DNA of 64,000 bases from Candidatus Polarisedimenticola svalbardensis. GTDB lineage: Bacteria > Acidobacteriota > Polarisedimenticolia > Polarisedimenticolales > Polarisedimenticolaceae. The notes under the pieces are model-generated. The model made no database searches. It saw only the letters and a program-made list of their open reading frames with translations, and had not been told where the DNA came from. The translations under genes were made by a program, and so were the position numbers. Shown here in pieces: positions 37,453-47,899 of the stretch. The stretch spans positions 122 to 64,121 of the forward strand of contig JACXWD010000014.1 in assembly GCA_014764515.1 (NCBI GenBank). Direction: 5' to 3'. Within the stretch, counting starts at the first letter, position 1, and each line of letters starts with the position of its first letter.

Positions 37453-38637
37453 ATGAAAAACCCTGTGATCATCAACGCGGTTCGCACCCCGATCGGGCGG
37501 TTCCTGGGAACCCTGGCCCCGGTGACGGCAACCCGCCTCGGCTCCATCGCCGTGGCGGAGGTGGCGGCCCGGGCCGGCGTCGACCCTGTGGAGGTGGACG
37601 AAGTCATCATGGGCAACGTGGTAGGAGCGGGTCTGGGGCAGAACCCTGCACGACAGGCGGCCCTGGGAGCCGGTTACCCGGATACGGTTGCCGCCATGAC
37701 CCTGAACAAGGTGTGCGGCAGCGGACTGAAGGCGGTAGTGCTGGCCGCCCAGGCCATCAAGTGCGGTGATGCGGGGCTGGTGGTAGCCGGAGGCATGGAG
37801 TCGATGTCCAACGCGCCCTACCTGATGAAAACAGCACGAGGTGGATTCCGCATGGGCCACCAGCAGGTGCTGGACTCCATGATCCACGACGGTCTCTGGG
37901 ATGCCTACAACGACTACCACATGGGCAACACCGGGGAGGTGGTTGCGGAGCGCTACGGCATCGGCCGGGAGGAGCAGGACCGCTGGGCCTACGACAGTCA
38001 TCGCAAGGCGGTGGCAGCTATCGAAGCCGGCCTGTTCAAACGGGAGATCGTCTCTGTAGAGGTTCCCCAGAGGAAGAAGGATCCGATCGTATTCGATACC
38101 GACGAGTCGCCTCGAGGCGACACCTCGGTGGAAAAACTGGCGAAGCTTCGCCCGGCGTTCAAGAAGGACGGCACGGTGACGGCAGGTAACGCCCCTGGTG
38201 TGAACGACGGCGCATCGGCGATTCTGGTCGCTTCCCGGGAGAAGGCGGAGGAACTGGGGCTCAAGCCCAGGGCGGAGATCGTGGCCTACAGCACCAGTGG
38301 ACTGGCGCCGGAACTGGTGATGATGGCGCCGGAAAAGGCGGTGCGCTCGGTCTGGGAGAAAACCGGCTGGACCGACGCCGACGTCGACTACTACGAGTTC
38401 AACGAGGCGTTCGCGGTCCAGCAGTGCGCCCTGGGCAAGGAGCTGGGGATCGACCCGGCCAAGCACAATGTTCGCGGCGGCGCCGTGGCCCTGGGACATC
38501 CGATCGGCGCCTCGGGAGCCCGGGTCCTGACCACGTTGCTGCACGCGCTGGAAGATGACGGCAAGGACAAAGGCATCGCCGCACTCTGCCTGGGAGGCGG
38601 TAACGCGGTGGCCATGGCGATCCAGGTGATCCGATAA
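37453..38637 (+). CDS. Acetyl-CoA C-acetyltransferase (thiolase II)
   Basis: Active-site [26 protein letters not shown], and the C-terminal HPIGASGAR / CLGGGNA motifs. Confidence 0.95.
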   Translation: MKNPVIINAVRTPIGRFLGTLAPVTATRLGSIAVAEVAARAGVDPVEVDEVIMGNVVGAGLGQNPARQAALGAGYPDTVAAMTLNKVCGSGLKAVVLAAQAIKCGDAGLVVAGGMESMSNAPYLMKTARGGFRMGHQQVLDSMIHDGLWDAYNDYHMGNTGEVVAERYGIGREEQDRWAYDSHRKAVAAIEAGLFKREIVSVEVPQRKKDPIVFDTDESPRGDTSVEKLAKLRPAFKKDGTVTAGNAPGVNDGASAILVASREKAEELGLKPRAEIVAYSTSGLAPELVMMAPEKAVRSVWEKTGWTDADVDYYEFNEAFAVQQCALGKELGIDPAKHNVRGGAVALGHPIGASGARVLTTLLHALEDDGKDKGIAALCLGGGNAVAMAIQVIR

Positions 38638-38656
38638 CCGGAAGGGAGCAGGAACC

Positions 38657-39511
<855 letters not shown>

Positions 39512-39516
39512 GGCCG

Positions 39517-39918
39517 GTGGAGCAGGTTACCCAGATCGCACTGGCCTTGCCGGTCCGGGACGGCCGTGTTCTGGCCGGCCGCCGTCTCGGAGACCCGCCT
39601 TTCGAGGGTTGCTGGGAGTTCCCGGGAGGCAAGATCCGCTCCGGGGAGTCGCCGGCCGACGCCGCCCTCCGGGAACTGCTGGAAGAGACAGGGATCTCGG
39701 CATCCGGACCGGAGTTGTTGTGCGTCTTCCCGCAGCAGTATGCCGACCGGTCTCTCGAGCTGCATTGTTTCCTGTTTCAGACATGGACCGGGGCTGTCGC
39801 CGACGATCCTGCCAGGAACTGGACGTGGTTTACCCTGGCCGAACTGAACCGCCTGAACATGCCCCGGGCGAATCGCCGCATCCTGAAGGAACTGGCGGCA
39901 GGGAACGACGGTGAGTGA
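39517..39918 (+). CDS. mutT: NUDIX hydrolase, MutT-like (deoxy)nucleoside triphosphate pyrophosphohydrolase
   Basis: GTG start at 39517, just after the hbd stop. Nudix box WEFPGGKIRSGESPADAALRELLEETG. The upstream 107 codons of the ORF-track ORF overlap hbd and are discarded. Confidence 0.8.
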   Translation: MEQVTQIALALPVRDGRVLAGRRLGDPPFEGCWEFPGGKIRSGESPADAALRELLEETGISASGPELLCVFPQQYADRSLELHCFLFQTWTGAVADDPARNWTWFTLAELNRLNMPRANRRILKELAAGNDGE

Positions 39919-40846
39919 GCCGACAACGGTCTACCCGGTAGGCAGGGCCGATGTAGGTAAACGGCTGGACCGTTTCCTTCAGGAGAAGATCCCCAGGCTT
40001 TCCCGCAGTCGCATTCAGGAAATGATCCGGGCGAGGGTACTGCTGTCCTGGGATGCCCGGGTGCGACCGGCCACCGTTCTTGTTGCCGGGGGCGTGGTGC
40101 GGATCGATTACGTCCCTCTCCCCGAGACGATCCTGGAACAGGAGATCCCGGTTCTGGCCCGGGGCGACGGCTGGCTCGCCGTGGACAAGCCGGCGGGGAT
40201 CCCGGTCCATCCGGTCAACAAGGTGCGGGAGAACACCGTGATCCGCATGCTCCGGCGGCAAGAGGGCAACGAAGAACTTCGCCTGGCTCACCGGCTGGAC
40301 CGGGAGACCAGCGGTGTTCTGCTGGTGGCGGAAAACTCCTCCACCGCACGGACCCTTTCCATGGCGTTCGAGAACCGCCAGGTGAAAAAGGAATACCTTG
40401 CGGTGGTCCGGGGCGTGGTTCAGGACCAGGAAGGCACGATCCGGCTCCCGGTTGGAAAAGCTCCCGACTCCAGGGTTTATGTCCGCCAGGCGGCGGTTTC
40501 GGGGTACCCGTCGGAGACCGGCTGGCAGGTGGAGGCCCGGGGAGCCGAGGCCACCATGCTCCGCCTGTTCCCGCGAACAGGCCGCCGGCACCAGATCCGG
40601 GTCCACCTCGAGGCGATCGGACATCCGGTCCTGGGAGACCTGCTGTACGGCCGACCGGACCAGGACTATCTCGACCTGGTCACCGGCCAGCGGGATGCCA
40701 GGAAGGAAGAAGGAGGCCCGGACCGGCAGCTGCTGCACTGCGCCCGGCTGGTGATCGGATCCGGTCCGGGAGCGCTGGACTGCAGGGCCTCACTTCCCAC
40801 CCAATTCCACCACTGGCTGGAAGGCTCAGCTAGTTCAAATAGCTAA
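39911..40846 (+). CDS. RluA-family 23S rRNA pseudouridine synthase with an N-terminal S4-like domain
   Basis: KRLDRFLQEKIPRLSRSRIQEMI (S4-like), catalytic HRLDRETSGVLLVA, and RRHQIRVHL. Confidence 0.9.
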   Translation: MSEPTTVYPVGRADVGKRLDRFLQEKIPRLSRSRIQEMIRARVLLSWDARVRPATVLVAGGVVRIDYVPLPETILEQEIPVLARGDGWLAVDKPAGIPVHPVNKVRENTVIRMLRRQEGNEELRLAHRLDRETSGVLLVAENSSTARTLSMAFENRQVKKEYLAVVRGVVQDQEGTIRLPVGKAPDSRVYVRQAAVSGYPSETGWQVEARGAEATMLRLFPRTGRRHQIRVHLEAIGHPVLGDLLYGRPDQDYLDLVTGQRDARKEEGGPDRQLLHCARLVIGSGPGALDCRASLPTQFHHWLEGSASSNS

Positions 40847-41084
40847 AAAATATTTTAATAATTTAAAATGGTGCCAACAAAAAGTTCCGGCTACCGAATT
40901 TTGTTAGTGTGAAAAGAGACTGTTCGTCGTATAAACAATGCGTCCACGGGGAAAAAGAGAAGGATAGGCGGGTGATCGTGAGGCTTACTCGTCAGGAATT
41001 CAAGGCTTCCCGGGGGGGTGATTCCGGTGGATCGGATCACCTTTGATACTTAAGGGTAGTTTTCGTAAGCAAAAGGAGCCAAGT

Positions 41085-41894
41085 ATGAAGAAGGTTTTTT
41101 ACGTCGCTTGCTGTCTCGTCCTCGCCATGGGCGTCGGCTGCGCAATCACCAACTATGAACTGATCACTGACGACGACGGCAGCGCGGTCAACACCAACGG
41201 TAAAGCCGCCATTATGCCTTCCTCACAGATCGGCACCCTCTGGCCGGACGGCATGGACGAATCTTTCTCCATGGTCGACCAGAAAGCCAACGGCGACCGC
41301 ACTCTGACCACCTACAACAACCACACCACCGACCAGACTTTCATCGACTGGCTGTACTGCAGCCCGGACTGGAACGGCTGCTCCATGGTGACCGCCAGCG
41401 ACCCTGAGGTCGGCGACGTTTCCATCTTTGACTTCACCCTCAACAGGAACTGCTCCGGCCTCCGCAGCCTGTCCTACGTGCTGAGCACCACCCGCTACTA
41501 CGGCGAGTGTGGCCGCGCGATGGCCAGCGTCAGCGACCGGATCTCCCTGATGAACATGGGCAACATCACCACGCAGAACGGCGTGGAAGGCCTGCTCTAC
41601 AACCTCAACCGGAACACGTTCAGCATCCGTCTGGACAACAACTCTGGTGTGGTCAGCAGCCTGCCCGTGGTCGGCGACGCGAGCATCTTCGTGAGCCCGG
41701 CCCGTCGTCAGATGACCATCGATCTCACCAACTCCCTGCTGGCCAACACCGGCCGCGGTCTCGCCGACTTCACGCGCAACTACGGCACCGACGTGACCAC
41801 CGTGACGTTCACCCTGAACGGCATCAGCAAGAGCTGGGAAGTCGGCAACATGAACGCCGACAAGATCACTGCTAACATGAACAAGACCTACTAA
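41085..41894 (+). CDS. Secreted protein / possible lipoprotein of unknown function, predicted to be highly expressed
   Basis: ATG 41085 is preceded by AAGGAG (41072-41077). Signal MKKVFYVACCLVLAMGVG|C has an imperfect lipobox. The mature part is N/T/S/D-rich with 4 further Cys. Codons are almost uniformly C-ending (AAC, ACC, GAC, ATC, GGC, CGC), unlike neighbouring genes. Tandem terminators follow. Confidence 0.8.
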   Translation: MKKVFYVACCLVLAMGVGCAITNYELITDDDGSAVNTNGKAAIMPSSQIGTLWPDGMDESFSMVDQKANGDRTLTTYNNHTTDQTFIDWLYCSPDWNGCSMVTASDPEVGDVSIFDFTLNRNCSGLRSLSYVLSTTRYYGECGRAMASVSDRISLMNMGNITTQNGVEGLLYNLNRNTFSIRLDNNSGVVSSLPVVGDASIFVSPARRQMTIDLTNSLLANTGRGLADFTRNYGTDVTTVTFTLNGISKSWEVGNMNADKITANMNKTY

Positions 41895-41906
41895 TTGTTT
41901 ATGTAA

Positions 41907-41960
41907 CTGGAGATTCAATCTCCGGTTTTAAGGGCGGGGTTCACACCCCGCCCTTTTTTT
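41907..41960 (+). terminator. Tandem rho-independent terminators
   Basis: Hairpin 1: CTGGAGAT-TCA-ATCTCCGG (41907-41925) then TTTT. Hairpin 2: AAGGGCGGGGT-TCAC-ACCCCGCCCTT (41930-41955), whose T run continues to 41960. Confidence 0.9.
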
Positions 41961-42009
41961 GTCTGCATGGGATCTCCTGCGATGACTTTCGTGTCATAAT
42001 CGCCTCTCC

Positions 42010-44916
42010 ATGCAGGAACTTCTCAAGACCCTTCGGGACGACAGCCTTGTCGGGGACCTGATCCGCCACAGCAGGCATGTGCAGGGCTCGCCGGCGAAGT
42101 ACGCCTCGCCCCGGGAGCCTCTGGAGCCGGTCCTGGCCAACGCCCTTGACTCCCTGGGCATCCACCGGCTCTACAGCCATCAGGCAGAGGCCCTGGATCT
42201 CCTGGCCGACGGCAGGAACGTGCTGGTGGCCACCCCCACCGCCTCAGGCAAGAGCCTGGTGTTCGCCTTGCCGGTGCTGCAGTCGATCCTTGCGGACAGG
42301 AACTCCCGGGCCCTGTTCCTGTACCCCACCAAGGCGCTGGCCCAGGATCAGATCGCCGGTCTGCGGAAGCTGGCCATGGCCGCCTCACCGTTGAACCCGC
42401 CTTCCTTCGAGATCTACGACGGCGATACCACCCAGCACCAGCGCAAGAAGATCCGGGCCGATCCGCCCAACGTGTTGATCACCAATCCGGACATGCTGCA
42501 TTTCTCCCTCCTGGCCAATCATCAATCCTGGGAGCCGTTTCTCAGGAATCTGAAATGGGTCGTTCTGGACGAACTGCACGTCTACCGGGGGATGTTCGGA
42601 GCCCACGTCCACCATGTGCTGCGCCGTTTGAAGCGTCTTGCAGGGGGAGGCAAACCTCCCAGGATCGTTGCCGCATCCGCCACCATCGGCAATCCGGAGG
42701 AGTTCGCCGGGACCCTCACAGGAGAAACGTTCACCGCGGTGACCGCTTCCGGCGCCGCCGGCGCCGAACGTCATGTGATGTTCCTGAACCCGGTGATGGT
42801 TTCGCCCTACACCGTGGCGGTGCGGGTTGTGGCCGCCGCCGCCAAGGCCGGGCTGCGGACCATCGCCTTCACCAAGGCCAGACGGATCACCGAACTGCTC
42901 CACACCTGGCTGGTGCGGCAGGAGCCGGAACTGGCCGGGCAGGTGGCGCCGTACCGTGCCGGCTACCTGCCGGAGGAGCGGCGCAGGATCGAGGAGCGGC
43001 TGTTCCGGGGGGATCTCAAGGCGGTGCTGACCACCAGCGCTCTGGAGCTGGGCATCGATGTCGGCGGCCTGGACGTCTGTGTCCTGGTCGGGTATCCAGG
43101 CTCCCTGATGTCTTCCTGGCAGAGGATCGGCCGGGTAGGCCGCACCGGGCGGCCGGCCCTTGTGGTGATGGTCGCCATGCCGGACACCCTGGACCAGTAC
43201 GTCATATCCCACCCGGACCGGTTCTTCGGCGACGGCTTCGAGCAGGCGGTGCTGGATCCGACCAACGAAGTGGTGGCTGCAAGGCACCTGGTCTGCGCCG
43301 CCGCCGAGACGCCGCTCCGTCGTGATGAATTGCGTGAGGACGGCGACCGGCTGGAACGGCTGGCGGAACAGCTGGTGGATGATGGCGAGCTGGCGGAGGA
43401 CGAGGCCGGGGAGCGGTTCATTTCGTTCCGGTTGAAGCCTCACCGTCATATGAATCTCCGGGGCGCAGGCCGGCCGTTCACCATCCTGGAAGCCGGCACC
43501 GGAACGGTTCTTGGGAGCATCGACGGCGGCCGGGTCTACCAGGAGTGCCACCCGGATGCGATCTATCTCCATGGCGGCAGAACCTTGAGGATCCGGGAAC
43601 TGGATGTGGACAAGAGGGTGGTCACCGCCGAACCGTACGCCGCCGATTACTACACAGTCGTCCTCGGGGAGAAGGAGACGGAGATCCTGGAGGTCTGCGA
43701 AACCCGGGAGATGGATTACCACCGGGCCGGCTACGGCCGGCTCAAGGTCACGGTCCGGATCCACGGGTACCAGAAGAAGAAGATATTCGGAGGGGAGACG
43801 ATCTCCGAGTATCCCCTGGAGGCGCCGGAGCAGATCTACGAGACCACCGGTTTCTGGATCGAAATGCCCACCGGCTGGGCGGCGGAGTTCGCTGCCCGGG
43901 AGCGGCACTTCATGGGCGGCATCCATGCGGCGGAGCACGCCCTCATCGGCCTGTTCCCGTTGCTGGCGATCTCCGACCGTGGTGATATCGGCGGCATCTC
44001 CCATACCGGCCATCCCCAGTTGAACGGACCGGGAATATTCATCTATGACGGAACCCCGGGAGGCGCGGGACTGGCGGAGCGGGGTTACCGGGACCTGGAA
44101 TCGTTGCTGCGCCAGACCCTGGCCCATGTGGTTGGCTGTCCCTGCGAGGACGGTTGTCCCGGTTGCATCCACTCGCCCAAATGCGGCAACGGCAACCGGC
44201 CACTGGACAAGATCGCCTGCCGGGAGGTTCTGGAAGGGATGCTGGGGGAAGGGGACCTGCCCCGGATCGGTGATGCCCGGGAAATCGTGGTGCAGGCAGA
44301 ACCGGAGCCTGCAACGGTGGAACAGTCAGGCCCGAGGAAACGCCACGGCATCGTCCGGGCGCCTGAGAGAGAAAAACCCCGGGATGGAAAGGTCCTGGTC
44401 ATGGATCTCGAAACCCGGCGCAGCGCCGAAGAAGTCGGCGGCTGGGGAAACGCCGACCGTATGGGGCTGGCCCTGGCGGTGGTTTACGATGTGAACCGGC
44501 AGGAGTACAGGACTTATTTCGAGGAGGATGTGGACCGGCTGCTGCTGGACCTGCTCACCGCCGACCAGGTGGTCGGGTTCAACGTGGACCGCTTCGATCT
44601 CAAGGTGCTGTCCGGGTATACCGACGGAGATCTGGGCAGGGTCCGGACCTGCGACCTGCTGACCCGGGTGCACGGCAAGCTCGGCTACCGGCTGTCGTTG
44701 CAGCACCTCTCGGAAGTCAATCTGGGGGAATCAAAATCGGGCAGCGGACTCGATAGTCTCAAGTGGTGGAAGGAAGGTAAAATCGACCTGATCGAATCGT
44801 ACTGCCGCAAGGATGTGGAGATGACCCGCAAGCTGTGGGAGACCGGCAGGAGCCGGGGTTATCTGTTATACAGAGACAAGCGGGACCGCACGCTGCGGAT
44901 CCCCGCAGACTGGTGA
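42010..44916 (+). CDS. DExH-box helicase with a DUF1998 (MrfA-type) zinc module, fused to a C-terminal DEDDy 3'-5' exonuclease domain (MrfB/YprB-like)
   Basis: SF2 motifs ATPTASGKSL, VVLDELHVYRG, SATIGNP, TSALELGIDVG and QRIGRVGRTGR. Cys cluster CPCEDGCPGCIHSPKC (nt 44137-44184). C-terminal Exo I VMDLET (from nt 44401), Exo II GFNVDRFD (about 44575-44598), Exo III YCRKD (44800-44814). Confidence 0.85.
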   Translation: MQELLKTLRDDSLVGDLIRHSRHVQGSPAKYASPREPLEPVLANALDSLGIHRLYSHQAEALDLLADGRNVLVATPTASGKSLVFALPVLQSILADRNSRALFLYPTKALAQDQIAGLRKLAMAASPLNPPSFEIYDGDTTQHQRKKIRADPPNVLITNPDMLHFSLLANHQSWEPFLRNLKWVVLDELHVYRGMFGAHVHHVLRRLKRLAGGGKPPRIVAASATIGNPEEFAGTLTGETFTAVTASGAAGAERHVMFLNPVMVSPYTVAVRVVAAAAKAGLRTIAFTKARRITELLHTWLVRQEPELAGQVAPYRAGYLPEERRRIEERLFRGDLKAVLTTSALELGIDVGGLDVCVLVGYPGSLMSSWQRIGRVGRTGRPALVVMVAMPDTLDQYVISHPDRFFGDGFEQAVLDPTNEVVAARHLVCAAAETPLRRDELREDGDRLERLAEQLVDDGELAEDEAGERFISFRLKPHRHMNLRGAGRPFTILEAGTGTVLGSIDGGRVYQECHPDAIYLHGGRTLRIRELDVDKRVVTAEPYAADYYTVVLGEKETEILEVCETREMDYHRAGYGRLKVTVRIHGYQKKKIFGGETISEYPLEAPEQIYETTGFWIEMPTGWAAEFAARERHFMGGIHAAEHALIGLFPLLAISDRGDIGGISHTGHPQLNGPGIFIYDGTPGGAGLAERGYRDLESLLRQTLAHVVGCPCEDGCPGCIHSPKCGNGNRPLDKIACREVLEGMLGEGDLPRIGDAREIVVQAEPEPATVEQSGPRKRHGIVRAPEREKPRDGKVLVMDLETRRSAEEVGGWGNADRMGLALAVVYDVNRQEYRTYFEEDVDRLLLDLLTADQVVGFNVDRFDLKVLSGYTDGDLGRVRTCDLLTRVHGKLGYRLSLQHLSEVNLGESKSGSGLDSLKWWKEGKIDLIESYCRKDVEMTRKLWETGRSRGYLLYRDKRDRTLRIPADW

Positions 44917-44933
44917 ACTGGAGAGACCCGATC

Positions 44934-45596
44934 ATGATTTTGTTCCGCAGATCGACCTGCCTGCTCGTGTTCCTCGCCGTGACCGCCTGTGTCCTGTACG
45001 GCTGTTCAGGATCCGGCGGGGGAGAGATGGTTGTGGAGCCGGCAGCGGCCGGGTGGGAAGAGAACCTGCTGTCCTATCGGGCGAGCAAGGATGTCAACTA
45101 TGCTACGGCGCCGGACACGCCGGTCCACCCCGACGACCGCGCAGCCTTCGGCGGCCTGGCCTACTTCCCGCCGGACCCGGCCTATCGTCTGGTCGGCCCG
45201 ATGCACCCTCATGAGACCAGGGAGCAGTTCACCATCCTTTCCACAACCGGCAAGTCCCGGCCGGCGGAACGGTACGGCGAGATGCGGTTCACCCTCATGG
45301 GTGAGCATCTCGTGCTACAGGTCTACCGCCTGCTGGACAGCAAGGCGCCTACACCGGTTCAGGAGTTGTTCGTTCCGTTTACCGACCGGACTTCCGGCGT
45401 GGAGAGCTACCCGGCCGGCCGGTATGTGGATTTGAGTGAGACCGGTGACGGCCGCTACATCCTCGATTTCAACCGGGCCTTCAACCCGCTCTGCGCCTAC
45501 GGCATGCCTGAGAAGTACGCCTGCCCGGTAACGCCGGCGGAGAACCGCCTGAAAATCCGGGTTGAAGCCGGCGAGCAGGGATACCGCAGGGGATGA
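44934..45596 (+). CDS. DUF1684 domain protein, probable lipoprotein
   Basis: Start moved to ATG 44934. Signal plus LYGC. Conserved DUF1684 segments (YFPPDPAYR, FTDRTSGVESYPAGRYVD, FNRAFNPLCAY, CPVTPAENRL). Confidence 0.8.
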   Translation: MILFRRSTCLLVFLAVTACVLYGCSGSGGGEMVVEPAAAGWEENLLSYRASKDVNYATAPDTPVHPDDRAAFGGLAYFPPDPAYRLVGPMHPHETREQFTILSTTGKSRPAERYGEMRFTLMGEHLVLQVYRLLDSKAPTPVQELFVPFTDRTSGVESYPAGRYVDLSETGDGRYILDFNRAFNPLCAYGMPEKYACPVTPAENRLKIRVEAGEQGYRRG

Positions 45597-46096
45597 CCGG
45601 ACCACTGTTCCTGGTCGGATTCATGGGTAGCGGCAAGAGCGCCGTCGGACGGCGTGTGGCCCAACAACTGGATCTGGAATTCAGGGACTGCGATCGGCTG
45701 ATCGCCGACGCTGCCGGAAAGACCGTTGAAGAAATCTTCCGGGAGGATGGAGAGACGGCTTTCAGGGAAACGGAAAGCCGCGTTGTGGATCAGCTTTGTA
45801 CCGGGGGAGCGCTGGTCGCCGCCACCGGCGGGGGGGCGTTCCTTTCGTTCCGGCCACGCAGCCGGATGATCGTTTCCGGAATCACCGTCTGGCTGGATGT
45901 GCCGCTGCCGGTGATCCGAACCCGGCTGGCCGGTGAACGGCAGAACAGGCCGCTCTATGATCGGGACGATCCGGTCGGTATGCGCCTGTTGTACGAGAAA
46001 CGGATGCCGTCTTACGCCCTTGCCCGGCACCGGGTAGACGGAACGGACCTGGATCGGTCGGTGGAGCAGGTGGTTCGCCTTACCCGGGAACGATAA
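45593..46096 (+). CDS. aroK: Shikimate kinase
   Basis: P-loop LVGFMGSGKSAVG, FRETE motif, 167 aa. ATGA overlap with the upstream gene. Confidence 0.92.
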   Translation: MTGPLFLVGFMGSGKSAVGRRVAQQLDLEFRDCDRLIADAAGKTVEEIFREDGETAFRETESRVVDQLCTGGALVAATGGGAFLSFRPRSRMIVSGITVWLDVPLPVIRTRLAGERQNRPLYDRDDPVGMRLLYEKRMPSYALARHRVDGTDLDRSVEQVVRLTRER

Positions 46097-47375
46097 CCGC
46101 CCGCGTCTGTTCCCGGGTGACGGTTTTAATCTCGGCCAGGACCCGCGACCCCGGTTCCGCCGGTTTGCCGTCCAGGGCCACTTCAATGAAATTGCCGGTC
46201 AGCGCCCGGCTGCCGTCACCCAGGGCAACGCAGTCGAGCTGCCGGCCCGGGAACCGGCTCCGGAATCGGAAGCCGGCTTCGTCGGCGAATCGACGCAGCG
46301 TGGCGGATCGTTCCCGGATGGTAGCCGAGTGGACCCGGTCATGCAGCTCCGAGGCAGGTGTGCCCGGCCTCTCCGACCAGCTGAAAACGTGGAGGTAGTT
46401 CACCGGGGAGGAGGCAAGCAGGCGGCATGTTTCCTGGAACTCTTCCTCGGTTTCCCCCGGGAACCCGACGATCATGTCGGCCCCCAGCCCGATGTCCGGC
46501 ATGGCGGCTCGCAACCGCTCCATGCGGTCCATCCAGGCCGAGGCCCGGTAGTTCCGCCTCATCCTGCGGAGCACCGCTTCCGAGCCGGACTGCAAAGGGA
46601 CCTGCAGGTGAGGCGCCAGTCTTCCGCCGGATGCGGCCATGAGCCTGATAATGCCGTCGGTAACGGTCAACGGTTCCAGGGAGTTCAGCCGGATCCTGTT
46701 CTCTCCGCACCTGTCCAGGAGCCGTTCCAGGAGAGTCTCGAGGATCAGCCCGCCTTCCAGGTCCTTGCCGTAATCACCGGTGTTGACACCGGTCAGCACC
46801 ACCTCACGGTAGCCTCTGCGGAACAGGGATTCCATGGCGGTATCGACCTGCTCCAGCGGCACGGACCGGCTCCGTCCCCGGACCTTGGGGATGATGCAGT
46901 AGGAACAGACCAGGTCGCACCCCTCCTGGATCTTCAGGAACGCCCTGGAACGATCGCCGAAATACAGGTCGTCAGGAAGTCCCAGGGTCTCTTCGCAGCC
47001 TGTGTCACCTCGCACCACCGGTTTTCCCACCAGGCCGATTTCGTCGAGTATGGAAGCGATAGCCGGCTTTTCACGGTTGCCGAACACCCGGTCCACCCCG
47101 GGGATACGACGGATCGCTTCAGCATCCCGCTCGGCGAAACAGCCGGTGACAAGCAGCCTGCAGGCCGGGTTGTTCCGCCGGACCGAACGGATCAGTTTGC
47201 GGGCATCGGCATCGGCGCGGTGTGTAACCGTACAGGTGTTGATGATGATCACGCCGGCCCGGTCCCGATCCGGGTTTTCGGTGAACCCTCGCCGGGCGAG
47301 CTCGCCCTCCATGGCCGCGGAGTCGAACTGGTTCAGCTTGCAGCCCAGGGTGATGGAGTGGAACGTCGGTGTCAT
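46080..47375 (-). CDS. mtaB: MiaB/RimO-family radical SAM methylthiotransferase, most like MtaB
   Basis: Start moved to ATG 47375 (MTPTFHSITLGCKLNQFDS). N-terminal UPF0004 Cys triad, radical SAM motif GCDLVCSYCIIP, and a C-terminal TRAM-like segment. Confidence 0.85.
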   Translation of the reverse strand: MTPTFHSITLGCKLNQFDSAAMEGELARRGFTENPDRDRAGVIIINTCTVTHRADADARKLIRSVRRNNPACRLLVTGCFAERDAEAIRRIPGVDRVFGNREKPAIASILDEIGLVGKPVVRGDTGCEETLGLPDDLYFGDRSRAFLKIQEGCDLVCSYCIIPKVRGRSRSVPLEQVDTAMESLFRRGYREVVLTGVNTGDYGKDLEGGLILETLLERLLDRCGENRIRLNSLEPLTVTDGIIRLMAASGGRLAPHLQVPLQSGSEAVLRRMRRNYRASAWMDRMERLRAAMPDIGLGADMIVGFPGETEEEFQETCRLLASSPVNYLHVFSWSERPGTPASELHDRVHSATIRERSATLRRFADEAGFRFRSRFPGRQLDCVALGDGSRALTGNFIEVALDGKPAEPGSRVLAEIKTVTREQTRAVIVPG

Positions 47376-47899
47376 TTTCCGAGGAGTTCGGACAGCCGGC
47401 CCTGGGCCGCCGCGCTCTTGAGCCCTACCGCATCCGCCATGGCCCGTCGTTCTTCCTGCAGCTTCTGATGCAGGGAGGGGTCGGAGGTGGCGAGTATGCT
47501 GCAGGCCAGCCAACCGGCATTGGCCGCTCCGGCCTTGCCGATAGCCAGTGTCCCTACAGGGATGCCGGCGGGCATCTGGGCCGTGGCAAGCAGGGCGTCC
47601 AGCCCCTGCAGGTCAGTGGCCGCCAGCGGCACCCCGAGAACCGGCAGTACGGTGTGGGAGGCGATGACGCCTGCCAGGTGGGCCGCGGCGCCTGCGCCGG
47701 CGATGAAGATCTTCACGCCGGACTCAACGGCCGATTCGACGATTTTCGCCGTTCGTTCGGGAGAGCGATGGGCGGAGGTGACCTCCAGGTCGTAAGGGAC
47801 CCCGATCTTTTCAAGGATCCTGGCCGCCTCGGCCATCACCGGCAGATCGGAATCGCTGCCCATGAGGATTTTCACAAGAGGCTTCGGTTCAGGACTCAT
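47372..47899 (-). CDS. purE: 5-(carboxyamino)imidazole ribonucleotide mutase
   Basis: Start moved to ATG 47899. ILMGSDSDLPVM, SAHRSPER and AGAGAAAHLAG motifs. Confidence 0.95.
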   Translation of the reverse strand: MSPEPKPLVKILMGSDSDLPVMAEAARILEKIGVPYDLEVTSAHRSPERTAKIVESAVESGVKIFIAGAGAAAHLAGVIASHTVLPVLGVPLAATDLQGLDALLATAQMPAGIPVGTLAIGKAGAANAGWLACSILATSDPSLHQKLQEERRAMADAVGLKSAAAQGRLSELLGK

